64,000 bases of DNA, taken from Candidatus Hydrogenedentota bacterium (GTDB lineage: Bacteria; Hydrogenedentota; Hydrogenedentia; Hydrogenedentales; SLHB01). Below the pieces are notes generated by a model. The model ran no database searches and was not told where the DNA came from. It saw only the letters and a program-made list of their open reading frames with translations. Location: contig BTWA01000027.1 in the NCBI GenBank assembly GCA_045863295.1, positions 25,025-89,024 of the forward strand. Reading direction: 5' to 3'. Below, piece by piece: positions 21,187 through 29,732 of the stretch; the first letter of the stretch is position 1, and each line of letters begins with the position of its first letter. A program made the translations under genes and the position numbers.

Positions 21187-21215
21187 TTGACACGACTAGT
21201 GTCGCATGATAGCAT
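21187..21215 (+). promoter_or_regulatory. sigma70 promoter for tracrRNA
   Basis: TTGACA(21187-92)-17 bp-TAGCAT(21210-15), with extended TG at 21207-08. Confidence 0.8.
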
Positions 21216-21221
21216 ATCGAA

Positions 21222-21345
21222 CGTGTAATCGATCATGGCCTGTTGGTTTTTCGCAACAAGACGAGAGATTCGCAGGCACCTCTAATCCTTCGGGAGTAGA
21301 GACCAGCCGCAGCGGAGCGACCCTCCTTCTGCGGCTTTTTGCTTT
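21222..21345 (+). ncRNA. tracrRNA
   Basis: GTGTAATCGATCATGGCCTG (21223-42) is a perfect 20-nt complement of the repeat; then ..CGCAAC-AAG pairing with the repeat 5' GTTGCG; cUUCGg hairpin (21280-21301); terminator hairpin plus U-tract. Confidence 0.92.
21305..21340 (+). terminator. Intrinsic terminator of tracrRNA
   Basis: AGCCGCAG...CTGCGGCT followed by TTTT. Confidence 0.8.
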
Positions 21346-21448
21346 AACAGTGCATGGCATCCCTCGGTAATCACTTGCTTTCTCCAATCCCGTTGATCCA
21401 TCCTGCCCTCGGTGGTTAGCCGCAGCACTCCTGGGAGCCTTATGCGCT

Positions 21449-23050
21449 ATGAATGGTGGCGATCTGTCTTTGACCTGGCAGTATGTTGACAAGTGGGCGA
21501 AAGACAATCCAGAAGGCGAAGCCACGGTTTTTCACGGTACCCGTTTGACATGGACCCAGTTCCGGGACGAAGTGGATAAGGCGGCCAAAGCCCTCATTGA
21601 GTGCGGTGTGAATCGGGGTGACCGGGTCGCGTTCCTGGCAATGGCCCAACCTGAGTTTCTAATCACGTTCATGGCTGCGAATAAAGTCGGGGCTATGTGG
21701 CTTGGTTTGTCCCCGAAGTTTACCTCGGATGAACTCGCCTACATCGTCGGGGATGCAAGGCCCGCTGCATTGATTACACTCCATGATTACCGGGGCCATG
21801 ATCTCAATTCGACTATCCACGCACTGGATTTGGCCTCAGAATTCAAAGTAATTTTGCTGCTCGGAGATTCGCCCGTATTGGACTTGAACTGCCGCGCCCC
21901 GGTCTTTGCTTACAACTCGTATGTAAACCACGATCGCTCGAATCTGGACGAGTCCTTGCGTGACCGCGTGAAACAGGCCAAGCCGGACGACAATGCGCTG
22001 CTTATGTACACTTCCGGTTCTACCGGGAAACCCAAAGGCGTGGTGCATACGCATGCCAGTATTATCGCGAACATTGCCGCACAAACGCGTCATTTCATGA
22101 TGGAAGAAACAACCCGCTCGCTGATTCACTTTCCCATCAATCACGTGGCTGCCGATGTGGAACTCGGATTCGGTTCGATTTTCGGTGGCGGAACGGCCGT
22201 GATGATGGATGCCTTCGATCCCGTCGAGACATTGGAGATCGTCGAACGAGAGCGGATCACCATGTTTGGGCAGGTACCCGCCATGTTTTTCTTGGAAATG
22301 ACCACGCCTAAATGGCGTGAAATGGACTGGTCTTCGGTCAAGGCTTTTCTTTGGGGAGGCGCTTCGGCGCCTAAGGAATTGCTTACCGTCCTTGACGGCA
22401 TTGCTAGGAAACACGGCGCACTGTTGATGACGGGATACGGATCCACGGAAGTCGGAGGCTTCGTCACCTACTCGGAACCTGACGACTCCCTCGAAACGCT
22501 TGTGTCCGGCGCAGGCCGGTGCGCACCGGAGTTTGAACTGCGGATAGTGGATGAAAACAGGCAACCTGTGTCCACAGGTGTGGTGGGAGAGATTGCCGTT
22601 CGCGGTCCGTTGTTAATGAAAGAGTACTTGAACAATCCAGAAGCGACTGCGAAGGTACTCGACGATCAAAGCTGGTACTACACGAACGATTTGGCTCGAC
22701 TTGATGAAGCCGGCAACCTCCACATAACCGGCCGAAAAAGCGAAATGTACAAATCTGGGGGCGAAAACGTGTTTCCACGCGAGGTGGAAGCAGTAATCGA
22801 GGCCATGCCTGAGGTGCTTATGGCCGCGGTCATCGGTGTACCCGATCCGCTTTTTCAAGAGGTGGGCCATGCATTTGTGATGCCGCATCCCGGCAAGTCC
22901 GTGGACGAGGAGGCCCTCCGCCTGCATTGCAGAGAGCATCTTGCCAATTTCAAAGTGCCCAAACACTTCGACGTTAAGCCGTCGTTGCCACTTCTGGCCA
23001 CAGGGAAGATCAACAAAGTCGCATTGAAGCAGATGTATATCGGTGAATGA
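21449..23050 (+). CDS. AMP-dependent acyl-CoA synthetase
   Basis: YTSGSTGKPKG, GYGSTE, GGENVFPREVE, TGKINK. Confidence 0.92.
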   Translation: MNGGDLSLTWQYVDKWAKDNPEGEATVFHGTRLTWTQFRDEVDKAAKALIECGVNRGDRVAFLAMAQPEFLITFMAANKVGAMWLGLSPKFTSDELAYIVGDARPAALITLHDYRGHDLNSTIHALDLASEFKVILLLGDSPVLDLNCRAPVFAYNSYVNHDRSNLDESLRDRVKQAKPDDNALLMYTSGSTGKPKGVVHTHASIIANIAAQTRHFMMEETTRSLIHFPINHVAADVELGFGSIFGGGTAVMMDAFDPVETLEIVERERITMFGQVPAMFFLEMTTPKWREMDWSSVKAFLWGGASAPKELLTVLDGIARKHGALLMTGYGSTEVGGFVTYSEPDDSLETLVSGAGRCAPEFELRIVDENRQPVSTGVVGEIAVRGPLLMKEYLNNPEATAKVLDDQSWYYTNDLARLDEAGNLHITGRKSEMYKSGGENVFPREVEAVIEAMPEVLMAAVIGVPDPLFQEVGHAFVMPHPGKSVDEEALRLHCREHLANFKVPKHFDVKPSLPLLATGKINKVALKQMYIGE

Positions 23051-23141
23051 ACCGGCCCCCATCTCCGGCTCGGGTCTTGAAGGCTCGGGAATGTCTATGC
23101 TAGCGTTACGCGGGCCTGAAACACCTTTGGAGACGCGATTT

Positions 23142-23261
23142 ATGAAGCACGTTCGCACAATGTCGAAGTTCCCCCAGCCCGCCACGATTGGTCCGGGACT
23201 GTCTTGGGTTCAGCAGTTGTTTCTGTTGTTGACCAAGGGCCGCTTTCTGCCCGTGAAGTAG
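23142..23261 (+). CDS. Small 39-aa peptide with MKH leader (MKHVRTMSKFPQPATIGPGLSWVQQLFLLLTKGRFLPVK)
   Basis: GGAG at 23129-32 before ATG; fills the gap between ligase and ferritin; N-terminus resembles ORF at 35919. Confidence 0.55.
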   Translation: MKHVRTMSKFPQPATIGPGLSWVQQLFLLLTKGRFLPVK

Positions 23262-23334
23262 TCTTTGACCTGTAGTAAAGCGCACCTTTGGACGGTGCCC
23301 CCAGCACGATGGAACCAATCACAGGAGACGTGCC

Positions 23335-23847
23335 ATGGCCAGCAAGAAGATGATCGAGGCACTCAACAAACACGTAAACCTAGAGCTGTACTCGGCCTAC
23401 ATTTATGCTGCCATGGCGGCGTGGTTCGACGGCGAAAACATGCATGGGTTCGCCTCTTGGATGAAGGCCCAAGCCGGCGAAGAAGTCGGACATGCCGCGA
23501 AGATGTACAAATACATCCATGACGTGGACGGTCGCGTGACGCTGGAAGCCATCGAAAAGCCCCAAGATCGGTTCAAATCCCCGCTCCAAGTATTCGAAGC
23601 GGCGTATGGCCACGAAAAGGTCGTAACCAAAGCCATCTACGCTTTGGTGGATCAGGCGATAAAGGAAGGCGATCATGGAACCAATGCCTTCCTGCAATGG
23701 TTCGTCAATGAGCAAATCGAGGAAGAGGCCACGGCCTCCGATGTTGTGGGCCGGCTGAAAATGGCCGGAGATGCTCCGGGAGCGTTGTTGCTTCTTGACC
23801 GGGAAATGGGCGGCCGATCCGCCGGAGCCGGCGAATCCGAAGAATAG
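23335..23847 (+). CDS. ftn: Non-heme ferritin
   Basis: NLELYSAYIY, QAGEEVGHA, LQWFVNEQIEEE ferroxidase motifs; AGGAG RBS. Confidence 0.92.
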   Translation: MASKKMIEALNKHVNLELYSAYIYAAMAAWFDGENMHGFASWMKAQAGEEVGHAAKMYKYIHDVDGRVTLEAIEKPQDRFKSPLQVFEAAYGHEKVVTKAIYALVDQAIKEGDHGTNAFLQWFVNEQIEEEATASDVVGRLKMAGDAPGALLLLDREMGGRSAGAGESEE

Positions 23848-23979
23848 TTGGTTCTGACGATTGGTGGGATGGAGGTATCTTCATCCTACCTTTTTTTTGT
23901 CAACGTTGTCATTTTTTGTGCTGATCGCGAAGAGTCCTTTCAATTTTCGTCGGAATTCCGTTTTTCAAATCCCCTCAAC

Positions 23980-24017
23980 TTGACAATTCCTGTGTTCATT
24001 TCCTACACTATTGTCAA
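23980..24017 (+). promoter_or_regulatory. Putative sigma70 promoter of the NifA-like gene, bracketed by an inverted repeat
   Basis: TTGACA(23980-85)-18 bp-TACACT(24004-09); TTGACAAT/ATTGTCAA inverted repeat. Confidence 0.6.
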
Positions 24018-24068
24018 TTCAACTAAGGAGCCATACCTTTCGGTGAAGTAGCCGGAAGGTTTTTCTAT

Positions 24069-25637
24069 ATGGGAACAAGACAATCCTATCCAAAAATACG
24101 GCGCGACGTTTCTGAACTAGCGCTTTTGTTCGAGATAAGCCAGATCTTGGAAAGAAGTCTGGACCTGCGCGACGAGATGGGGCACGTGCTGAGCGCCATT
24201 TCCGATAATACCGGTATGATGCGCGGCACCATTACGCTACTCAACCGCCATACCCACGAAATTTTCATTGAGGCCGCACATGGGCTTTCCACCACCCAGC
24301 GTGAGCGGGGTCGATACAGGCCCGGAGAAGGCATCACCGGGAGGGTTGTAGAAACCGGCCGACCCATCGCGGTACCTCGGATTTCTCAAGAACCGGCATT
24401 CCTGGACAAGACCCGTTCTAGAACCGAGCTTCAAAGGGACGAAATCTCCTTTATTTGCGTACCCATCAAGATCGGAAACGAGACCATTGGAGCCCTCAGC
24501 GTGGATCGGCTCTTTTCCGACACGGTGTCATTAGATGAAGACATGCGTCTTGTGACCATTATCGCGTCGATGATCGCCCAGGCCGTACGAATTCGCCAAC
24601 GCGCCCAAGAAGAGCGTATGGCGTTGCTACAAGAGAACATGCGACTTCAAAACGAGCTGAAGGAGCGGTTTCGCCCCGCGAATATCATTGGATCTTCCAG
24701 GGCGATGCAAAAAGTATACGATCTTATACAACAGGTGGCTCAAAGCGATGCCACGGTACTTATCCGCGGTGAGAGCGGTGTAGGTAAGGAACTTGTTGCC
24801 AGCGCCATACACTACAACAGTTCACGTGCCAATTCTGCGTTCATCAAAGTCAATTGCGCGGCGTTGCCTGAAGCCGTTATCGAAAGTGAGTTATTCGGTC
24901 ACGAAAAAGGCGCTTTTACGGGGGCCGTAAACCAACGCAAAGGGCGATTTGAACTTGCCCACGGCGGGACGATATTTCTGGATGAAATAGGGGATTTGTC
25001 ACCCACCATGCAGGTTCGCCTGCTTCGGGTATTGCAGGAGCGGGAATTCGAGCGGGTTGGCGGAACAGATACCATTCGCGTGGATGTACGTGTAATTACG
25101 GCTACCAACCGTGACCTGGAAGTCGCGATGACAAAAGAGGAGTTTCGGCAGGACCTCTATTACCGCCTGAACGTTTTTCCCATTCATATTCCGCCGCTTC
25201 GAGAACGGAAGACGGACATTCTGGAATTGGCGAACTTTTTCGTTGAGAAGTACAGCCAGAAAGCCCATAAAAACGTGCGACGTATCTCGACGCCGGCCAT
25301 AGACATGCTCAGCAGCTATCATTGGCCCGGCAATGTCCGTGAGCTGGAAAATGTCATAGAACGCGCGGTGCTTTTGACGAACGACGATGTTGTACACGGC
25401 CATCATCTTCCCCCCACATTACAGACCGCTGAAGCCAGCGGAACCATAATGGAAGGCACTCTCGACGCTACACTTAACAATGTCGAGCGCGAAATGATTA
25501 TCGAGGCGCTCAAGAATGCTCGCGGGAATAAAGCCAAGGCTGCATCGGCCCTCGGTATTACCGAGCGCATTATGGGTTTACGGGTCAGAAAACACTCCAT
25601 TGATACCCGAATGTATCGTTCTGCCAAGATTGTTTAG
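24069..25637 (+). CDS. NifA-like sigma54-dependent activator (GAF-AAA+-Fis HTH)
   Basis: GAF ('[11 protein letters not shown]', 'SFICVPI'), [44 protein letters not shown]. Confidence 0.93.
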   Translation: MGTRQSYPKIRRDVSELALLFEISQILERSLDLRDEMGHVLSAISDNTGMMRGTITLLNRHTHEIFIEAAHGLSTTQRERGRYRPGEGITGRVVETGRPIAVPRISQEPAFLDKTRSRTELQRDEISFICVPIKIGNETIGALSVDRLFSDTVSLDEDMRLVTIIASMIAQAVRIRQRAQEERMALLQENMRLQNELKERFRPANIIGSSRAMQKVYDLIQQVAQSDATVLIRGESGVGKELVASAIHYNSSRANSAFIKVNCAALPEAVIESELFGHEKGAFTGAVNQRKGRFELAHGGTIFLDEIGDLSPTMQVRLLRVLQEREFERVGGTDTIRVDVRVITATNRDLEVAMTKEEFRQDLYYRLNVFPIHIPPLRERKTDILELANFFVEKYSQKAHKNVRRISTPAIDMLSSYHWPGNVRELENVIERAVLLTNDDVVHGHHLPPTLQTAEASGTIMEGTLDATLNNVEREMIIEALKNARGNKAKAASALGITERIMGLRVRKHSIDTRMYRSAKIV

Positions 25638-25882
25638 TGCGGGACTCCGCCTCATGTCCCTATATTTCCTACCGATTTGTTGTATCCCATCATTTCAAAG
25701 GAACATCCCTGTCGATTCTTCCACTTGTCTCGGCGTTTGCGCCGGATTTCCCTGATTGCGATTTTAATCTCGCCGGAAAGTCCACAAAATACTTATTTGT
25801 ATAAACTTATGTTAAGTATTTCGCATATGTTTCAGGTATTCCTACGTGTTGCATAACCCTAAAATCACGTATGCTTTGGCGT

Positions 25883-25898
25883 TGGCACGTCTATTGCT
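25883..25898 (+). promoter_or_regulatory. sigma54 (-24/-12) promoter
   Basis: TGGCAC-GTCTA-TTGCT, consensus with correct spacing. Confidence 0.88.
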
Positions 25899-25921
25899 GG
25901 TTTGGCTATCAGGAGTACAAC

Positions 25922-26905
25922 ATGGTTGCCTATCATCGGGCTGACTCGTCCCATCATGTCGACCCGGTGCCCGTTTCAGCTGCGGTCAGGGCTGTGGACG
26001 ACCTCATTGCGCAGTTTGCCAAGGGTAGCACACCCATATTGATACGAGGTGAAAGGGGTACCCGGAAAGAGGATATTGCGCGCGCCATCCATGTGCGGAG
26101 CCCGCAAGCGGATGGTCCTTTTATAAAGGTAAGTTGGGCGGAAGTAACCGAGTCCTTCGTGGAAGGAGAACTCTTTGGCTACAGTGAACCGACGGCCGCG
26201 ATGGCCCTGTTATCCAAGCGGGGAAAATTTCAGGAAGCGGAAAAGGGGACCCTGTATCTTGAGGAAGTAAGCGACTTTTCAGCATCTACCCAAGGAAAGC
26301 TTTTGCGCTTCATTCGGAACGAGGGCTTGCAGCCTCTTGGGGCCATTTCTCCGGTCGATGTCGATGTCCGACTTATATTGGCCAGCAGTCAAGACTTGGA
26401 GCAATTGGTTGAACGAGGAAAGGTGCTCCGGGAACTCGTGGAAGAATTGTCGGCCTTTTCGATCCAGATTCCACCTCTGCGAGATAGGAAAACAGACATA
26501 TTAAGCCTGGCGCAGCAATTCGTGCGTAAGCATGCACAGAAAGTGCGCAAGCCCACCCAACACATTTCCTCTCGTGCCATGAGTCTTCTTGTCAGTCATA
26601 CATGGCCAGGCAATCTCGTGGAGTTGGAGCAGTGCATGGAGCGTGCGGTGCTGCTTTGTGACGAGAGTGTCATTGACGTCCGGCACTTACCTCCTGCGTT
26701 ACAGGAGCTGAATACGCAAGAAATTCAAGGAGAAACGCTTCAGGATACTCTCGATATCATTGAGCGTGCGCTCATTTTGGACGCCCTGCGCGCAGCCAAA
26801 GGAAACCGATCCCGAGCGGCCCAGATATTGGGGATAACCGAGCGATTGATGGGCCTTCGGGTCCGAAAATATTGCATCGATCCAAGGGAATTCCGTACAA
26901 AATAG
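25922..26905 (+). CDS. Degenerate sigma54-activator-like AAA+-HTH protein (327 aa; no sensor domain, ATPase and GAFTGA motifs lost)
   Basis: AGGAG RBS at 25911; colinear with the upstream activator but GERGTRKE, EPTAAMA, YLEEV, VLRELVEEL, WPGNLVEL; HTH conserved. Confidence 0.85.
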   Translation: MVAYHRADSSHHVDPVPVSAAVRAVDDLIAQFAKGSTPILIRGERGTRKEDIARAIHVRSPQADGPFIKVSWAEVTESFVEGELFGYSEPTAAMALLSKRGKFQEAEKGTLYLEEVSDFSASTQGKLLRFIRNEGLQPLGAISPVDVDVRLILASSQDLEQLVERGKVLRELVEELSAFSIQIPPLRDRKTDILSLAQQFVRKHAQKVRKPTQHISSRAMSLLVSHTWPGNLVELEQCMERAVLLCDESVIDVRHLPPALQELNTQEIQGETLQDTLDIIERALILDALRAAKGNRSRAAQILGITERLMGLRVRKYCIDPREFRTK

Positions 26906-27253
26906 TACTTTTGCTTCAAAAATGTGCTGACAATTGAGGTTTTGGAGGTACGCTATTATTTTTGATAATATAGTTAAAGCTACAATTTTGTATGTTCAGT
27001 AATTAATATTGAAGCTTATAAACCGTTTTATGCGCTAAATTTCAATAATTTATAATATAGTCAAATATATTAATTCCAATGCTTGTTATAGCATAATGTA
27101 ACAAAATACCATCTGGTAATTATCAAATTACTCCATTTCTACCATAATGTAGTCTTTCTTGCTGTCCACAGAAATGCCCTTTTCGGCAACGTATTTCGCA
27201 AGGTGTTCGTATTGAAATAGTTAGGAATCGCCTTTCCAGCACGGATCCATGGA

Positions 27254-27269
27254 TGGCACATCGATTGCT
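27254..27269 (+). promoter_or_regulatory. sigma54 (-24/-12) promoter of amtB-PII
   Basis: TGGCAC-ATCGA-TTGCT upstream of amtB. Confidence 0.88.
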
Positions 27270-27349
27270 CTTGGAACTCAATCCCTTCCTCATTTCGGGG
27301 TATTGCGGGCTGAACGTTGGTGTGCACAATGAAAGGAGATCCGTGAAAC

Positions 27350-28750
27350 ATGCGAAGCAGAATCAAATTGCCAATCCCCGCCCTCTTGGTGGTGGCTGTT
27401 CTGCTGGCGCTAGCGCCGGCAGTGTTTGCCCAGGAAGAGGCGGCCGCACCGCCACCCAGTGAAGTCGAAGTCCTTACAACGAATTTGAACATTGTCTGGA
27501 CGTGCGTCGCTGCATTTCTGGTTATGTTTATGCAGGCTGGATTTGCCTTGGTGGAACTGGGTTTGACGCGCGCGAAGAATGGTATCAACATCATGATGAA
27601 GAACCTGATGGACTTTTGCATCGGTTCGGTCGGCTTCTTCATGATTGGCTATGCGTTGATGTTCGGTCCTACCAATGGGTTCTTCGGCACCGAAGGATTC
27701 TTCTTAAGCGCCATTGACTACAGCAGCGAATCGCCGTTTACGGATTGGAATTGGACATTTCTAATTTTCCAAACCGTGTTCTGCGCTACTGCCGCCACTA
27801 TCGTGTCTGGCGCCATGGCCGAGCGGACCAAGTTTGTCGCCTATCTTTTGTATAGCGCTGCCATAAGTATCGTCATTTATCCCATTTCCGGTTCGTGGGC
27901 GTGGGGAGGGCTCTTGAACGGCGGAGGGTGGCTGGAAGCGCCGGAAGGCGGCTTTCTCGCAAACGCGGGGCTTCCGGGTTTCTGCGACTTCGCGGGCTCA
28001 ACTGTTGTGCACTCGGTGGGTGGCTGGCTCGCGCTGGCTGGCGCGATCGTGCTTGGTCCGCGCACCGGTAAGTATGGTCCCGACGGAACGCCGCGGGCCT
28101 TGCCCGGTCACAACATTCCCTTGGTGGCTTTGGGTGTCTTTATCTTGTGGTTGGGTTGGTTCGGTTTCAATCCCGGATCGGCGACGACCGGCGACGGCAC
28201 GATTGGCTATGTAGCCGTTACGACCAACCTTGCCGCGGCGTGTGGCGCGATCAGCGCGATGATTACGGCTTGGATTATCTTCAAGAAACCGGAAGCAACC
28301 ATGACTTTAAACGGTGCATTAGCCGGACTCGTGTCAATAACGGCGCCGTGCTACACGGTCAGCCCATTGGGTGCGTGCGCGATAGGTCTTATTGGCGGCG
28401 TCCTGGTGGTCATTTCAGTGATTGTGATTGATCGCGTTATCAAGATCGACGACCCAGTAGGCGCGGTTAGCGTTCACGGGGTGTGCGGCGTATGGGGCAC
28501 TTTGGCGTGCGGCCTGTTCAATCTGGAAGGAGGGCTGATTTACGGCGGCGGCGCGAAACAGTTGATCACTCAGCTTATAGGCGCTGGCGCCTTCTTCGTG
28601 TGGGCGTTTGGCCTGGGCTTGATTCTCTTCTTCATTCTCAAAATGACGGTCGGTCTGCGTGTGAGCGCGGAAGAAGAGTTGAAGGGTCTGGATATCGGCG
28701 AACACGGTATGGAGGCCTACAACGGATTCCAGATCTTCACAACGCAATGA
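27350..28750 (+). CDS. amtB: Ammonium transporter
   Basis: [47 protein letters not shown]. Confidence 0.96.
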   Translation: MRSRIKLPIPALLVVAVLLALAPAVFAQEEAAAPPPSEVEVLTTNLNIVWTCVAAFLVMFMQAGFALVELGLTRAKNGINIMMKNLMDFCIGSVGFFMIGYALMFGPTNGFFGTEGFFLSAIDYSSESPFTDWNWTFLIFQTVFCATAATIVSGAMAERTKFVAYLLYSAAISIVIYPISGSWAWGGLLNGGGWLEAPEGGFLANAGLPGFCDFAGSTVVHSVGGWLALAGAIVLGPRTGKYGPDGTPRALPGHNIPLVALGVFILWLGWFGFNPGSATTGDGTIGYVAVTTNLAAACGAISAMITAWIIFKKPEATMTLNGALAGLVSITAPCYTVSPLGACAIGLIGGVLVVISVIVIDRVIKIDDPVGAVSVHGVCGVWGTLACGLFNLEGGLIYGGGAKQLITQLIGAGAFFVWAFGLGLILFFILKMTVGLRVSAEEELKGLDIGEHGMEAYNGFQIFTTQ

Positions 28751-28793
28751 CGCGGTTCACGGCCATCGGCCAACGAAGAGGAGACTGTGTATC

Positions 28794-29135
28794 ATGAAAC
28801 TGGTGATAGCCTATGTGCAACCAGACAAACTAAACGCCGTGAAGCAGGCGCTGCAAAGCAATTCAATTTCCAAGATGTCCGTAACAAACGCCCTTGGATG
28901 CGGCCAGCAAGGCGGGTATCACGAGAGCTACCGAGGTACAGATATCGAGGTAAATCTGCTGAAGAAGGTCCGTTTCGAAGTTGCGGTCAACGACGATTTT
29001 GTGAAGCCCACGATCGACGCGATTATCAAAGGCGCGAAAACCGGTGAGATAGGCGACGGCAAGATCTTCGTGTTGAATCTTGAACAATGCGTCCGGATCC
29101 GGACAGGCGAGGCAGGCTCGGCCGCTATCGGCTGA
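28794..29135 (+). CDS. glnK: P-II nitrogen regulator (GlnK-type, linked to amtB)
   Basis: GCGQQ..YRG T-loop, [17 protein letters not shown]. Confidence 0.9.
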   Translation: MKLVIAYVQPDKLNAVKQALQSNSISKMSVTNALGCGQQGGYHESYRGTDIEVNLLKKVRFEVAVNDDFVKPTIDAIIKGAKTGEIGDGKIFVLNLEQCVRIRTGEAGSAAIG

Positions 29136-29155
29136 CCATTTCGCTTTTCGACCAT

Positions 29156-29202
29156 GCCTGGGGTTCCCTGCTCTTGCGGAAGGGGGAACCCCGGGTTTTT
29201 TT
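29156..29202 (+). terminator. Intrinsic terminator of amtB-glnK
   Basis: GCCTGGGGTTCCC / GGGAACCCCGGGT stem followed by a T-run. Confidence 0.88.
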
Positions 29203-29732
29203 GTGCGGTTGGCGGAAACCGAGTCTGCAGCGTCCATAGGCCGGGATGTAAAACCTGTACCTCGGGACAAGCAAGATGTAGCACGAACACCATGGCCGAC
29301 TGCCTCACAGCCGGCAATACCGAAATTGAAGACTTGATCGCGCCTTACTACCGGTTACCGCAGGGCGGCAGGGTTTAGAACCGTGGACGTGACGGAACGC
29401 GCCAATGTAACCCAGGACGTGCGTATCGTACTTAACCCTGTAGGCAAACTTGCAGTCAGAGTCAATCAAGCGAGGTTTGCCGCGAATGCCTCCGCCAGTG
29501 CAGATTAGCGGGGGTGATTTCGAAGTCGTGACAAGTCCGGCCAATCTCAAAGGTGGGTTCTCTGCGGGAGATCTAATCCCTTGGATAGATGAAGTTTCGA
29601 TTGCGGCTGGCGAGTTTGGAATTCAGGCTCCGCGGGCGGAGGTTGCGGGGGACTTCATTATTCTTACTGGAATGACCTTGTAAAGATGAATGCGCACCCA
29701 ATAGTTTTGCTGTTTACGGGCAGCTTCTCTGA

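Noticed and set aside
21419..21430. 12-nt match (GCCGCAGCACTC) between spacer 2 and the region downstream of tracrRNA; similar 12-nt match of spacer 7 in cas1 near 16848
   Set aside because: Several 12-mer matches are expected by chance for 39 spacers against 64 kb, and neither covers the PAM-proximal seed; an exhaustive self-target search could not be run
24069..25637. Calling this gene nifA and inferring nitrogen fixation
   Set aside because: No nif structural genes in the window; the evident target is amtB-glnK
29203..29732. Short ORFs between glnK and the hybrid kinase
   Set aside because: No RBS or recognisable motifs; treated as intergenic or decayed sequence
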